Below are positions 9,499 to 17,651 of a DNA stretch of 32,000 nt, in pieces. The position numbers were made by a program, and so were the translations under genes. Where the stretch lies: positions 247,420 to 279,419 of the forward strand of contig CAVUAJ010000001.1 of the NCBI GenBank assembly GCA_963739415.1, read 5' to 3'. Numbering within the stretch: position 1 is the first letter of the stretch; each line of letters begins with the position of its first letter. Below the pieces are notes generated by a model that saw only the letters and a list, made by a program, of their open reading frames with translations, was not told the origin of the DNA and did no database searches. Source of the stretch: an uncultured Methanobacteriaceae archaeon. GTDB taxonomy: Archaea; Methanobacteriota; Methanobacteria; Methanobacteriales; Methanobacteriaceae.

Positions 9499-9947
9499 TT
9501 ATTTCTTTTCCCACAATATCTTGGGTGGTTGTGCTCTCTTTTTAGCATGGCCTTATATTTTTATTCGGGGTGTATCTATGTCAAATTCGTGGAAAAACTC
9601 TTTTATAGTTGCCATGTAGTTTTTATGGCATTATATGGCTTACGGTTCTCTTGGAGGTATTGTTTGAACTTGTTAAATGTTTGTTAATTTATTAATTCTT
9701 TTATCAAATTGATTTGGATTTGATCTTCCTTTGCATCTTCTATTAATTGAGTTGGTGTCTGACCTATAAATTGAACAGTATTTTCCAAGCCTAATTCAAT
9801 AGGTTTTTTGGGTAGAAGTACCTTATCTCGATATATGAAAAAATCTTTTAAGTATTGTTCATCAAAGATATGTTTATGAAAATTTTGCTGATTGGTGGAG
9901 TTCCTAATAATAAGTTCAATTTTAGATGATGTAAAAAGAATGTGGAG
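9499..9947 (-). pseudogene. decayed N-terminal remnant of a tyrosine recombinase (phage-type integrase)
   Basis: My own minus-strand translation gives ..YLKDFFIYRDK..TVQFIGQTPTQLIEDAKEDQIQINLIKELIN*QTFNKFKQYLQENRKPYNAIKTTWQL*. After a frameshift it continues ..MATIKEFFHEFDIDTPRIKI*GHAKKRAQPPKILWEKK*. There is no start codon, there are two in-frame TAA stops (9684-9686, 9553-9555) and one frameshift near 9603-9630, and the catalytic domain is absent. The pattern matches the SAM-like N-domain of integrases. Confidence 0.4.
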
Positions 9948-9958
9948 TTATTAATATC

Positions 9959-10564
9959 ATGATACTGGGTATATGTGGGAGTCCAAGGAAACAGGCCACA
10001 GATTATGTGTTAAAAGAAGCTTTAACTATGTTAGAAGAGCGGAACTTTGAAACTGAATTTTACAGTGTACGTGGTAAAGACATTAGTCCATGTAAAAATT
10101 GTGATTACTGCATTCGTGAAGGGGAGTGTATAATGAAAGACGATATGTATGATATTTACCCTTTAATGCGAGATGCGAAGGGATTAATAATGGCCACTCC
10201 CGTTTATAATGGTGGTTTAAGCGCTCAAATTAAGGCAGTTATGGATCGTTGCAGAGCACTAGGGGCTGTAGATTTCGATTTTCTGCGTTATAAAGTAGGT
10301 ATGGCGATAGCAGTAGGCGGAGATAGAATCGGTGGGCAGGAACTGGCAATTCAGCAGATAACGACGTTTTACATTCTAACCGGAGCTATTCCGGTGAGTG
10401 GTGGGGCCTTTGGAGCGAATTTAGGAGCTAACTTCTGGTCTAAGGACACTTTAGAAGGAGTTAAAGAGGACGAAGAAGGATTTAGAAGTTTAAGAAAGAC
10501 TGTGAAAAGATTTGCCGCATTTTTAGAGAATTTTGAATTGAAAAAGGAAGAGAATATTGGGTAA
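9959..10564 (+). CDS. iron-sulfur flavoprotein (Isf) / NADPH-dependent FMN reductase family
   Basis: MILGICGSPRK flavodoxin-like N-terminus. Compact Cys cluster CKNCDYCIREGEC (C-x2-C-x2-C-x5-C), characteristic of methanogen Isf proteins. Confidence 0.8.
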   Translation: MILGICGSPRKQATDYVLKEALTMLEERNFETEFYSVRGKDISPCKNCDYCIREGECIMKDDMYDIYPLMRDAKGLIMATPVYNGGLSAQIKAVMDRCRALGAVDFDFLRYKVGMAIAVGGDRIGGQELAIQQITTFYILTGAIPVSGGAFGANLGANFWSKDTLEGVKEDEEGFRSLRKTVKRFAAFLENFELKKEENIG

Positions 10565-10656
10565 AATATACATTGTAAATATCTAAAAAATGTTAATATC
10601 CTGCAATTTTGAATTTTAAAGTTTTGAATCAAGTTTATATTTTGGAGTGTCTATTT

Positions 10657-11352
10657 ATGAGTGGTTCAATTGAAAACCCCGAGTATCAGCTAGAAATTGG
10701 GAAGAAGTCAATAATGTTGGACTACAAAAAGTTCCTGCTTTTGAGAGGTATAAAAGATTATGGATCCATCGCTAAAGCAACTAAAAAAACCGGTCTTCCT
10801 TATAGAACTGCTCTTAAATATATTGAGATACTTGAAAATCAGCTTGATACTAAGGTTGTGGTCACTCAACGGGGTGGTGCTGGTGGTGGAGGTGGAAGTC
10901 AACTAACTAGCATTGGTAAAATGGTTATAAAAGAATATTCGAAGTTTAAAAGTATTATGGAAAAGCATTTGGATGTGAATGAATTAGAAGGTTATGTAGA
11001 GGATATTGATAAGCAGAATCGGGTTATGAATATCCGAATAAATAATATTAGGGTAATGCTTCCTATAATTGAAGATTTAAAGGTTGGTGATGATGTTTTA
11101 CTATTAATTAGTCCTGATGAAATATTTATAATGTTAGAACTCCAGGAGTCGAGTGTTAGGAATATATTTGAAGGTAAAATTGTAGAGATGAAATTTAAAA
11201 ATGAGATGGTTAGACTTACTGTGACTTTAGATGATGGAATTAATATGCTGGCAGATATTACTGAATATTCCAGGGATAAACTTAATTTAAATCTTGGTAA
11301 AAATGTTTTTATAGGATTTAAAGCAGTTTCCATACCTCTAATAAAGCTTTGA
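10657..11352 (+). CDS. ModE-like transcriptional regulator (N-terminal ModE-type wHTH plus C-terminal TOBE/Mop domain)
   Basis: GSIAKATKKTGLPYRTALKYIEILE..QRGGAGGGGGSQLT is the ModE N-domain signature. The C-terminus NIFEGKIVEM..VRLTV..ADIT looks like a TOBE domain. ATG 10657 with GGAG at 10644-10647 is preferred over the track start at 10609. Confidence 0.75.
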   Translation: MSGSIENPEYQLEIGKKSIMLDYKKFLLLRGIKDYGSIAKATKKTGLPYRTALKYIEILENQLDTKVVVTQRGGAGGGGGSQLTSIGKMVIKEYSKFKSIMEKHLDVNELEGYVEDIDKQNRVMNIRINNIRVMLPIIEDLKVGDDVLLLISPDEIFIMLELQESSVRNIFEGKIVEMKFKNEMVRLTVTLDDGINMLADITEYSRDKLNLNLGKNVFIGFKAVSIPLIKL

Positions 11353-11354
11353 TC

Positions 11355-11445
11355 TTATAACTTTTAATTTATAAGTTAGAAGTTATAAGTTATAATTATT
11401 ATGTTATAAGTTAAATGTTAAAAGTTATGAATTATAAGTTATAAG
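11355..11445. repeat. array A1: 13 contiguous in-phase heptads, consensus TTATAAG
   Basis: The heptads start at 11355 and recur every 7 bp. In order: TTATAAC, TTTTAAT, TTATAAG, TTAGAAG, TTATAAG, TTATAAT, TATTATG, TTATAAG, TTAAATG, TTAAAAG, TTATGAA, TTATAAG, TTATAAG. The array begins 3 bp after the stop codon of the ModE-like gene. Confidence 0.9.
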
Positions 11446-11504
11446 CAATTAAGTTTATTCAGAGCTTTAATTTCAAAAATTTAAAAATTATAAAAAATCA
11501 TTTA

Positions 11505-11532
11505 TTATAACTTAAAAGTTATAAGTTATAAG
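11505..11532. repeat. array A2: 4 contiguous heptads (TTATAAC TTAAAAG TTATAAG TTATAAG) abutting the ferredoxin RBS
   Basis: Read directly from the sequence. The last heptad overlaps the AAGGAG RBS, 16 nt before ATG 11548. The 15-mer TTATAAGTTATAAGG (11519-11533) recurs exactly at 18824-18838. Confidence 0.9.
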
Positions 11533-11547
11533 GAGTAATTTTTTTAC

Positions 11548-11775
11548 ATGAGAATTGAAGTTGATAAAGAAAAATGTACTGGCTGTGGAATATGTAAAGA
11601 AGCCTGCCCTAAAGGACCTAAAATATGGAAAATCAAGGACAAGGCTGAAGCCACCGACTTAAGATACTGCCATGTATGTACTATATGTGCCTCAAAATGT
11701 CCCCAAGGTGCCATAAAAGTTATAAGAGATGATAAAAATGAATCGGAAGAAACAGTTGCAACGGAAAACGAATGA
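11548..11775 (+). CDS. 2x[4Fe-4S] ferredoxin
   Basis: Two motifs, [12 protein letters not shown] and [12 protein letters not shown]. 75 aa with an acidic tail. AAGGAG RBS. Confidence 0.85.
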   Translation: MRIEVDKEKCTGCGICKEACPKGPKIWKIKDKAEATDLRYCHVCTICASKCPQGAIKVIRDDKNESEETVATENE

Positions 11776-12316
11776 AACAGATATCAAAATCTCCTTAAAC
11801 ATTGATGGAAAAGGTCAATCCCAAATAGATACTGGAATTGAATTTTTTGATCATATGCTAGAATCATTCGCCAAACATGGATTTTTTGATTTAGAAATTA
11901 CGGCTCAAGGAGACACTAGTGTAGATGATCATCACACTGTAGAAGATGTGGGGATACTGTTAGGAGAAACATTTAAAGAAGCTTTAGGAGATAAACGAGG
12001 GATAAAAAGAATGGCACACTCCATAGTCCCTATGGATGATGCTTTAGCAACTGTAGCTATAGATATAGGTGGTAGGAGTTACACGGTATTGAATTTAATA
12101 TTTAAAAAAGCGAAGGTTGGAGATCTTAGTACTGAAAATGTGGAACACTTCTTTGAATCATTTTCCTCATCGGCAAATATAAATGTAAATGCCAAAGTAG
12201 AAGGTGATAACGACCATCACAAAATAGAATCCTTATTTAAAGCCTTTGCCACGGCCTTAAAAGAAGCATCTCGAATAGAACATGATGCAATACCCAGCAC
12301 CAAGGGCATAATATGA
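11738..12316 (+). CDS. hisB: imidazoleglycerol-phosphate dehydratase
   Basis: [56 protein letters not shown] are the canonical IGPD motifs. The start is ATG 11738 or 11729, and either one overlaps the ferredoxin 3' end. Confidence 0.9.
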   Translation: MNRKKQLQRKTNETDIKISLNIDGKGQSQIDTGIEFFDHMLESFAKHGFFDLEITAQGDTSVDDHHTVEDVGILLGETFKEALGDKRGIKRMAHSIVPMDDALATVAIDIGGRSYTVLNLIFKKAKVGDLSTENVEHFFESFSSSANINVNAKVEGDNDHHKIESLFKAFATALKEASRIEHDAIPSTKGII

Positions 12317-12369
12317 AGATTTCTAAATTTATTAAATAATTTTTTTAAGATTTAACCGTACAAATCAAT

Positions 12370-13569
12370 TTAAAAAGAAATTTCAAAAATTTTTCCAAAA
12401 TCTAATCCATTAATTTTTTTATGTTTATAATCATTATGTATATTCATTTTACCTTCAACTAATTCTGCAGATTTTATTCCATGTTTTATTGATAATGAAG
12501 CTTCTATGAAAGCTGAAAACTTATCACAAGCCTTTATTATATTTCCATCTAGTGGTGAAAATTCGTCTTTATTATACTTTTCTTCAATGATTGGGACTAT
12601 TCTAACTTCATTATCCCCTGTAATTTTGTTTTCAAATTCATTCTCCGTGAAATACCTCATTTCATCATGCCATTGCTTTGGGAGTAGTGGTAATAATTTT
12701 TCTTTCATCTTCTGATGTTCATATTCCTTTATTACCTCATCTAAGTTAGGGACTCGTTTTACTGGGGAAATGATATCCTTAGTCAACACCTCAGGAAGAT
12801 CATGGAATAATCCACAATAATAATTATTGTAAAATCTTTTTTCGCAAACTTTACCATTCATCTCCATGGTGCATAAGTAAGAGGCAATGGCTACGATTAA
12901 CATATGCCCTAAAACAGAAGTTTCAGGTATTCTTGGTGAATGAGCCCATCTTTTCTGAAATCTAAGTTGTCCACACAGATCTACAAATCCAAAAGATTTC
13001 TTACCCAATGAAATCTTCTGTACACCTATGAGATCATAATGATCTTCGATCTGGTTTTCAATATTCTCCTTCGTCTCCTCAATGCCATAGATAAATGGGG
13101 CAGTATGGTAGATTATTTTAAATTCCCAATTAGTAGCCAAATAATGAGCAGCCCTTAGGATTCTTCTTTCAATATTGGTTGGTGACTTTGAAAAATATTT
13201 CTTAAAATTATCTTTAAACTGTGGATTTAAACCACTAATATCATCTTTTAACTCATTAAAAACATGCTGATCTAATTTATTTCTTACGACGTTATCTTCT
13301 CTCATTTTATGAAAAACAGGCGCCTTAATATCAGTTAAAATAACTCTTTGTAGAAATTCGAAGATTCCACCTTCAATAATAGTTTTCCATTCAATGATTT
13401 CGCCACGATCTTCTTCTAGTTTAGCAAGCACATATGCTATCAACATTTTGTGAGCCTGTTTATCCAGTTCAGTTAATTCAACGGGGCGAATGTGATCATT
13501 CCATCTTTGCATACTTGCAGCTTTTGTAAATCTTTCCACCAATCTGGCTATACTAGTTTCTTTCCCCAT
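12370..13569 (-). CDS. HD-superfamily phosphohydrolase with a duplicated YfbR-like HD domain (N-terminal copy degenerate)
   Basis: The C-terminal half has RWAHSPRIPETSVLGHMLIVA..FHDLPEVLTKDIISPVK (H..HD..D). The N-terminal half has the parallel RWNDHIRPVELTELDKQAHKMLIA..FLQRVILTDIKAPV, without the HD dyad. ATG 13569 (MGKETS) is preferred over the track start at 13656. Confidence 0.65.
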   Translation of the reverse strand: MGKETSIARLVERFTKAASMQRWNDHIRPVELTELDKQAHKMLIAYVLAKLEEDRGEIIEWKTIIEGGIFEFLQRVILTDIKAPVFHKMREDNVVRNKLDQHVFNELKDDISGLNPQFKDNFKKYFSKSPTNIERRILRAAHYLATNWEFKIIYHTAPFIYGIEETKENIENQIEDHYDLIGVQKISLGKKSFGFVDLCGQLRFQKRWAHSPRIPETSVLGHMLIVAIASYLCTMEMNGKVCEKRFYNNYYCGLFHDLPEVLTKDIISPVKRVPNLDEVIKEYEHQKMKEKLLPLLPKQWHDEMRYFTENEFENKITGDNEVRIVPIIEEKYNKDEFSPLDGNIIKACDKFSAFIEASLSIKHGIKSAELVEGKMNIHNDYKHKKINGLDFGKIFEISF

Positions 13570-13729
13570 ATTATTAACCCCAAAATTTGAAAGGAATAAT
13601 TCAAAATTAGAATACATTAGTTCAAAAGGTAATAAGTTCCAAAATAATTTATTCAACGATGAAAAAATTGGTAGTATCTTGATATTAATTTATGCATTTA
13701 AAAATCGTTAATTCAATTATATGCTAATT

Positions 13730-13768
13730 AAAAAAAAAATAAAAAATTAGCAGTCCCAAAGGGACCGC
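13730..13768 (-). terminator. hairpin plus oligo-T terminator downstream of mtd
   Basis: On the minus strand, GCGGTCCC-TTT-GGGACTGC (7 of 8 bp stem, 13750-13768) is followed by TAATTTTTTATTTTTTTTTT. Confidence 0.6.
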
Positions 13769-13779
13769 ATTAACTATAT

Positions 13780-14607
13780 TTATTCAGGTTTTTTCATTAA
13801 TTCAGTTTTCCACAGTGTTTGACCTTTTCCACCGTGTGGTTTTCTCATTACTGAATCGTTGGCTTTTTCTATTTCACGAGCTTCTACTGCGAGTTTTGCA
13901 GCGGCGGAGATCATTTCGTGGGCGGATGCCACGATTGGTATGTATTTTTCCATTTCTCTGGTCATGAAACAGCCTTTTATATCGATGTCAGCTACTTTCT
14001 GTGCGATTTCATATGCTGCCATTGCTTTGGCTTTAGCGTATGGGTTTTTGAATGCAGCAGCAGTTACAGCTTTTTCGGTACTTATTACCACTTTAGGTAA
14101 TTCAATAGATCCTGATTCCGCAGCGGCTATTACACCATCTAAAGTTTCTTGAACGACTCGGTAAGCGCCGGTTGCTGCTAGTACTTTTATAACATCGGAG
14201 TTGAAAGACGCCATTTCAGTGGGGTCTAAGAATTCTCTTCGGGCTCCGATCATTGGGTCTCCTTGAACAATAATGTAACCCAAGCCTTGTTCATCCATTT
14301 CATCTTTTTTACCCATTCCAGGAGCGTCTCCGACTATTATAGCTGGAACATCCATTTCTGAGAGGAGTTCCCTTGCTCTGGCTGGTCCGGGTGCACCAGG
14401 GTTTGGACTGATGAATACAACAAAGTCAGGGTCGAAGTCCATTATTTTTGGAACTGCATCTTCGATCTGTTCTGGGTTCATTTTTGCACCGGAACCCACG
14501 CCTCTAACGTCTATGTTAGGTCTGTCTGCCCTCTCGTCAAGTACTAAGTCAACGACAGGAGAGGTACCTAAATTTCCGCATTTAATAACTCCTATTTTTA
14601 CTACCAT
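13780..14607 (-). CDS. mtd: F420-dependent methylenetetrahydromethanopterin dehydrogenase
   Basis: MVVKIGVIKCGNLGTSPVVDLVLDERADRPNIDVR and full-length collinearity (275 aa) with Mtd as I recall it. Confidence 0.9.
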   Translation of the reverse strand: MVVKIGVIKCGNLGTSPVVDLVLDERADRPNIDVRGVGSGAKMNPEQIEDAVPKIMDFDPDFVVFISPNPGAPGPARARELLSEMDVPAIIVGDAPGMGKKDEMDEQGLGYIIVQGDPMIGARREFLDPTEMASFNSDVIKVLAATGAYRVVQETLDGVIAAAESGSIELPKVVISTEKAVTAAAFKNPYAKAKAMAAYEIAQKVADIDIKGCFMTREMEKYIPIVASAHEMISAAAKLAVEAREIEKANDSVMRKPHGGKGQTLWKTELMKKPE

Positions 14608-14917
14608 TGTATCACCAGAATTGCTATTTTTATAATCTAATAAGTATTTTTTGATTTAATTTTTAAAACAAGTTTTATATAGGAGATTTAATTTTAGGAA
14701 AACCCTATAGTTCTATGAAGCTGGATATAAGAATCTTATCTTAACTTTTATTTAATTTTAAAACAAGGTTATATGGATCGTTTTCATATAACCAAATGTT
14801 ACGAAATAAATACTAATTTTTAATACAGACGTCAATTTCAAGTGTAAAAAAAATAGATTTTATTGTATGAAACCCTATTTCTTAGTAAATTTAGACCTTG
14901 GACAAAAAATTTGTATT

Positions 14918-16033
14918 TCAAGATAATTTTATTGTTCCAGATTCAGAACTTCTATGGAAGATGTTATTGGCAAATATAAGAAGGGCTATTACAGCTAAAC
15001 CGTAAAAAATCCATACTATACTATCAGTAGGTCCTGTCTCAATCCAAATAGCAGTATGAGCTAATATAATAGCATATAGTGCAGTGTATGCTCCGTTGGC
15101 CATTTTTTGCGCACTATGCATCAGTCTAAGTATTAGTCCAAGTAAAAACATTTGTACAGCTAGGCCTAATGCTCCAAAATCCAGAATAGCCGGTCCAAAA
15201 ATGGTGGAAGTAATACTAACAGTGGGAGAGCTTGCATTAGGATGATAACCAAGAACTACCTGTCCGACGGTTACTCGTGGATGTCCTCCAGTAAGAGCCT
15301 GATGGAAGAGTTCTCCACCAGTAAATCCAGGCATGTGAACAATTTTATCAAGAACCATCATAGTGAATCCAGCCCGGTAAAAAAGTAATTGTAATGGATT
15401 TAAAACCCAAGTCTGCCATTCAATAGATTTTACTGCAATATAACCTAGTATAACACCAATTGCAGCAGCTAAAATAATGAAAAGAATTATGTATCTGGTT
15501 TGAATTCGTTGGATATAATATGTTGTTATGATTACACCGAATATTATGGCAAGAGCGGTTGTTCTATAACCATTAATTGCAAACAATGCTAAACCAATTA
15601 CGAAAAGGACATAATACCATTTACTAGGATATTTGGCTATTAATAAGTTTAAAGCCGGGAGAAATAGAATATATGAAACCATCCACAAATCTGTGGTGGC
15701 TCTAAATTTAAGATAACCGTTTAGCAATGGAATACCACCTAGCAAATAGAGGTTTATGCACTGCAGAATTAACGCTATTATTAAAATTGAAAGTAAAAAC
15801 CTTTCATCTAGAAGAATTTTTAATTTAGAATACCAGATTGACTGATTCATCTGATATATATTCTCTCGATTTAAAGCCGATTTAATACTAGAAAAGTAAA
15901 AGGTGACTATTTTAGGAATAGTAGCTCCAATGATAAATATTATTGTACCAAAAGTAACATATAAGAATGTGTAAGTGGAAGCCCATTGTAAATTACGGAT
16001 GTGATAAGTGTACCCCAGCATGGCCAATGCCAC
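14918..16033 (-). CDS. polytopic membrane protein, oligosaccharide repeat-unit polymerase (Wzy-like) family; N-terminus uncertain
   Basis: About 10 hydrophobic segments, plus a GYRTTALAIIFG-type motif and a large extracytoplasmic loop typical of Wzy/O-antigen-polymerase-like proteins. The frame stays open for 42 codons upstream of GTG 16033 with no canonical start (see the finding at 16034-16159). Confidence 0.45.
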   Translation of the reverse strand: MALAMLGYTYHIRNLQWASTYTFLYVTFGTIIFIIGATIPKIVTFYFSSIKSALNRENIYQMNQSIWYSKLKILLDERFLLSILIIALILQCINLYLLGGIPLLNGYLKFRATTDLWMVSYILFLPALNLLIAKYPSKWYYVLFVIGLALFAINGYRTTALAIIFGVIITTYYIQRIQTRYIILFIILAAAIGVILGYIAVKSIEWQTWVLNPLQLLFYRAGFTMMVLDKIVHMPGFTGGELFHQALTGGHPRVTVGQVVLGYHPNASSPTVSITSTIFGPAILDFGALGLAVQMFLLGLILRLMHSAQKMANGAYTALYAIILAHTAIWIETGPTDSIVWIFYGLAVIALLIFANNIFHRSSESGTIKLS

Positions 16034-16178
16034 ATAGATTGCTATAGCTACTACTATAATGTAAGGGGAGAATAAATCTACCTTATCCAGATTGAAGTTT
16101 AATTTAATATCTAAATCTCCATTTTTGTTGTATAAAAAAGTCAGTTTAAAACGATTGATTTACATAGTAAAAGAACAT

Positions 16179-17528
16179 TTAGATTTCAGCCGCACTACGG
16201 GTAAAATTAGATGCGAATAAGGGATAAGCTGCCACATGGGTGTGTATATAGCTGGCCACAGTATTTTTTTCTATTAATCCATCATAATCATTTTGGATTC
16301 CAGTGCCCCTCAACATTTTAAAGGCAAATTGCGGTTTGGCTCCGTTTAAGTTAACTTTAGAGTAATGAAATTCATGTCCTCTAAATATATCCCCTTTATT
16401 TACCATTATATTATCTTTAATTGCTTTGGATATTATATAACTTAACGCTTGTGGTTTATTAGTCATAATAGATGGATAATCAAACACATTGCACATTTTA
16501 TAATTGTTTATGGATCTTGATAAATACATTAAGCCTCCGCATTCGGCATAAATGGGTTTATCTTCTAAATGAAACTTTCTAACTGAATTTCGCATTTCAC
16601 TGTTTGTTTCGAGTTCATTGGCAAATATCTCTGGATAACCTCCACCTATATATAAACCATCGACATCTGGAACTTCTTCATCATGGATAGGACTGAAATA
16701 AACCAGTTCCGCATGATTAGCCTCTAATGCATCAAGATTATCCTTATAGTAAAATGTGAACACTTCATCCATAGCAACTCCTATTTTAACTCGTTTATGA
16801 TTTTCTACCTTCCAAAGATCGTTTCTACCTCCCGGAAGTTTTTTTGAATCCTTCATTATGGATATTAGGGTATCTAAGTCTATATGTTCCTTTACCATTT
16901 CTTTCCATTTATTTATGGAATTTATAATAGTATCATGCTCAACTGCAGGTACCAAACCTAAATGTCGGTCTTCCACTCTTAAGGCATCGTCTCTTGGCAT
17001 TCCACCTATTACATCAGTTCTTGTTAGAGTTTCTATAGCTTGTTTCGTTTTAAGGTAGTGTTTTCTGTTTTTAACTTGATTCAATATCACTCCTCTGATA
17101 TTGATGGTGGGATCTAATTTTTTAAATCCTAATACAACTGCCGCAGCGCTTTTGACAAGACTTCTAGAGTTTAAAATTAATATAACAGGGGCATTAAGAG
17201 CTTTTGCTATTGAAGCTGTGCTTCCCACATCTCCTATTGGACTTATACCCTCATAAAGCCCTCTTACACCTTCAATAATACCTAAATGAGATTTTGAAAC
17301 ATTTAAACTTCTTTCGAAAGCCATTCTAATCTGTGGATCATTCATGAAAAATGAGTCTAAATTTCTGGAATTGATTCCTGTGGCTAATGTGTGATAAGTA
17401 GGGTCTATGTAATCAGGGCCAACCTTAAAAGGTTGTACTCGATAATCTTCTGATAACGCCCCCATTATGCCAGTAGAAATTGTTGTTTTTCCCACGGCGC
17501 TGCCCGTTCCTGCAAGGACTATTCTCAT
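16179..17528 (-). CDS. cobyrinate / Ni-sirohydrochlorin a,c-diamide synthase family (CbiA or CfbB paralog; cannot be distinguished here)
   Basis: [21 protein letters not shown]-loop, [11 protein letters not shown], and a C-terminal glutamine amidotransferase with [11 protein letters not shown] 17528 is preferred over the track start at 17576. Confidence 0.85.
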   Translation of the reverse strand: MRIVLAGTGSAVGKTTISTGIMGALSEDYRVQPFKVGPDYIDPTYHTLATGINSRNLDSFFMNDPQIRMAFERSLNVSKSHLGIIEGVRGLYEGISPIGDVGSTASIAKALNAPVILILNSRSLVKSAAAVVLGFKKLDPTINIRGVILNQVKNRKHYLKTKQAIETLTRTDVIGGMPRDDALRVEDRHLGLVPAVEHDTIINSINKWKEMVKEHIDLDTLISIMKDSKKLPGGRNDLWKVENHKRVKIGVAMDEVFTFYYKDNLDALEANHAELVYFSPIHDEEVPDVDGLYIGGGYPEIFANELETNSEMRNSVRKFHLEDKPIYAECGGLMYLSRSINNYKMCNVFDYPSIMTNKPQALSYIISKAIKDNIMVNKGDIFRGHEFHYSKVNLNGAKPQFAFKMLRGTGIQNDYDGLIEKNTVASYIHTHVAAYPLFASNFTRSAAEI

Positions 17529-17651
17529 ATTAATTAAATATTGAATAGTTTTATTTAAATTGTACCCAACGACCAAAGAATTTACTTTATTAAAAATATA
17601 GAAGATAAATATTATATAATTATTATATAAAAAAAAATAAATATTGATAAA

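Noticed and set aside
10992-11333. 113-aa minus-strand ORF, plus 10708..10902 and 10369..10632
   Set aside because: They are antisense to, or overlap, the ModE-like and Isf genes, which have clear family motifs. There is no RBS and the composition is low complexity.
11355-11532. Whether the heptad arrays could be a CRISPR array or a minisatellite-type mobile element
   Set aside because: The units are 7 bp and contiguous, with no spacers, no leader and no cas genes. There are no terminal inverted repeats or target duplications. They are kept as candidate protein-binding arrays instead.
13859-14152. Plus-strand ORFs inside mtd (13859..14152, 13918..14100, 14411..14635)
   Set aside because: They are antisense to mtd, which is unambiguous. 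The alanine-rich translation is a codon-mirror artefact.
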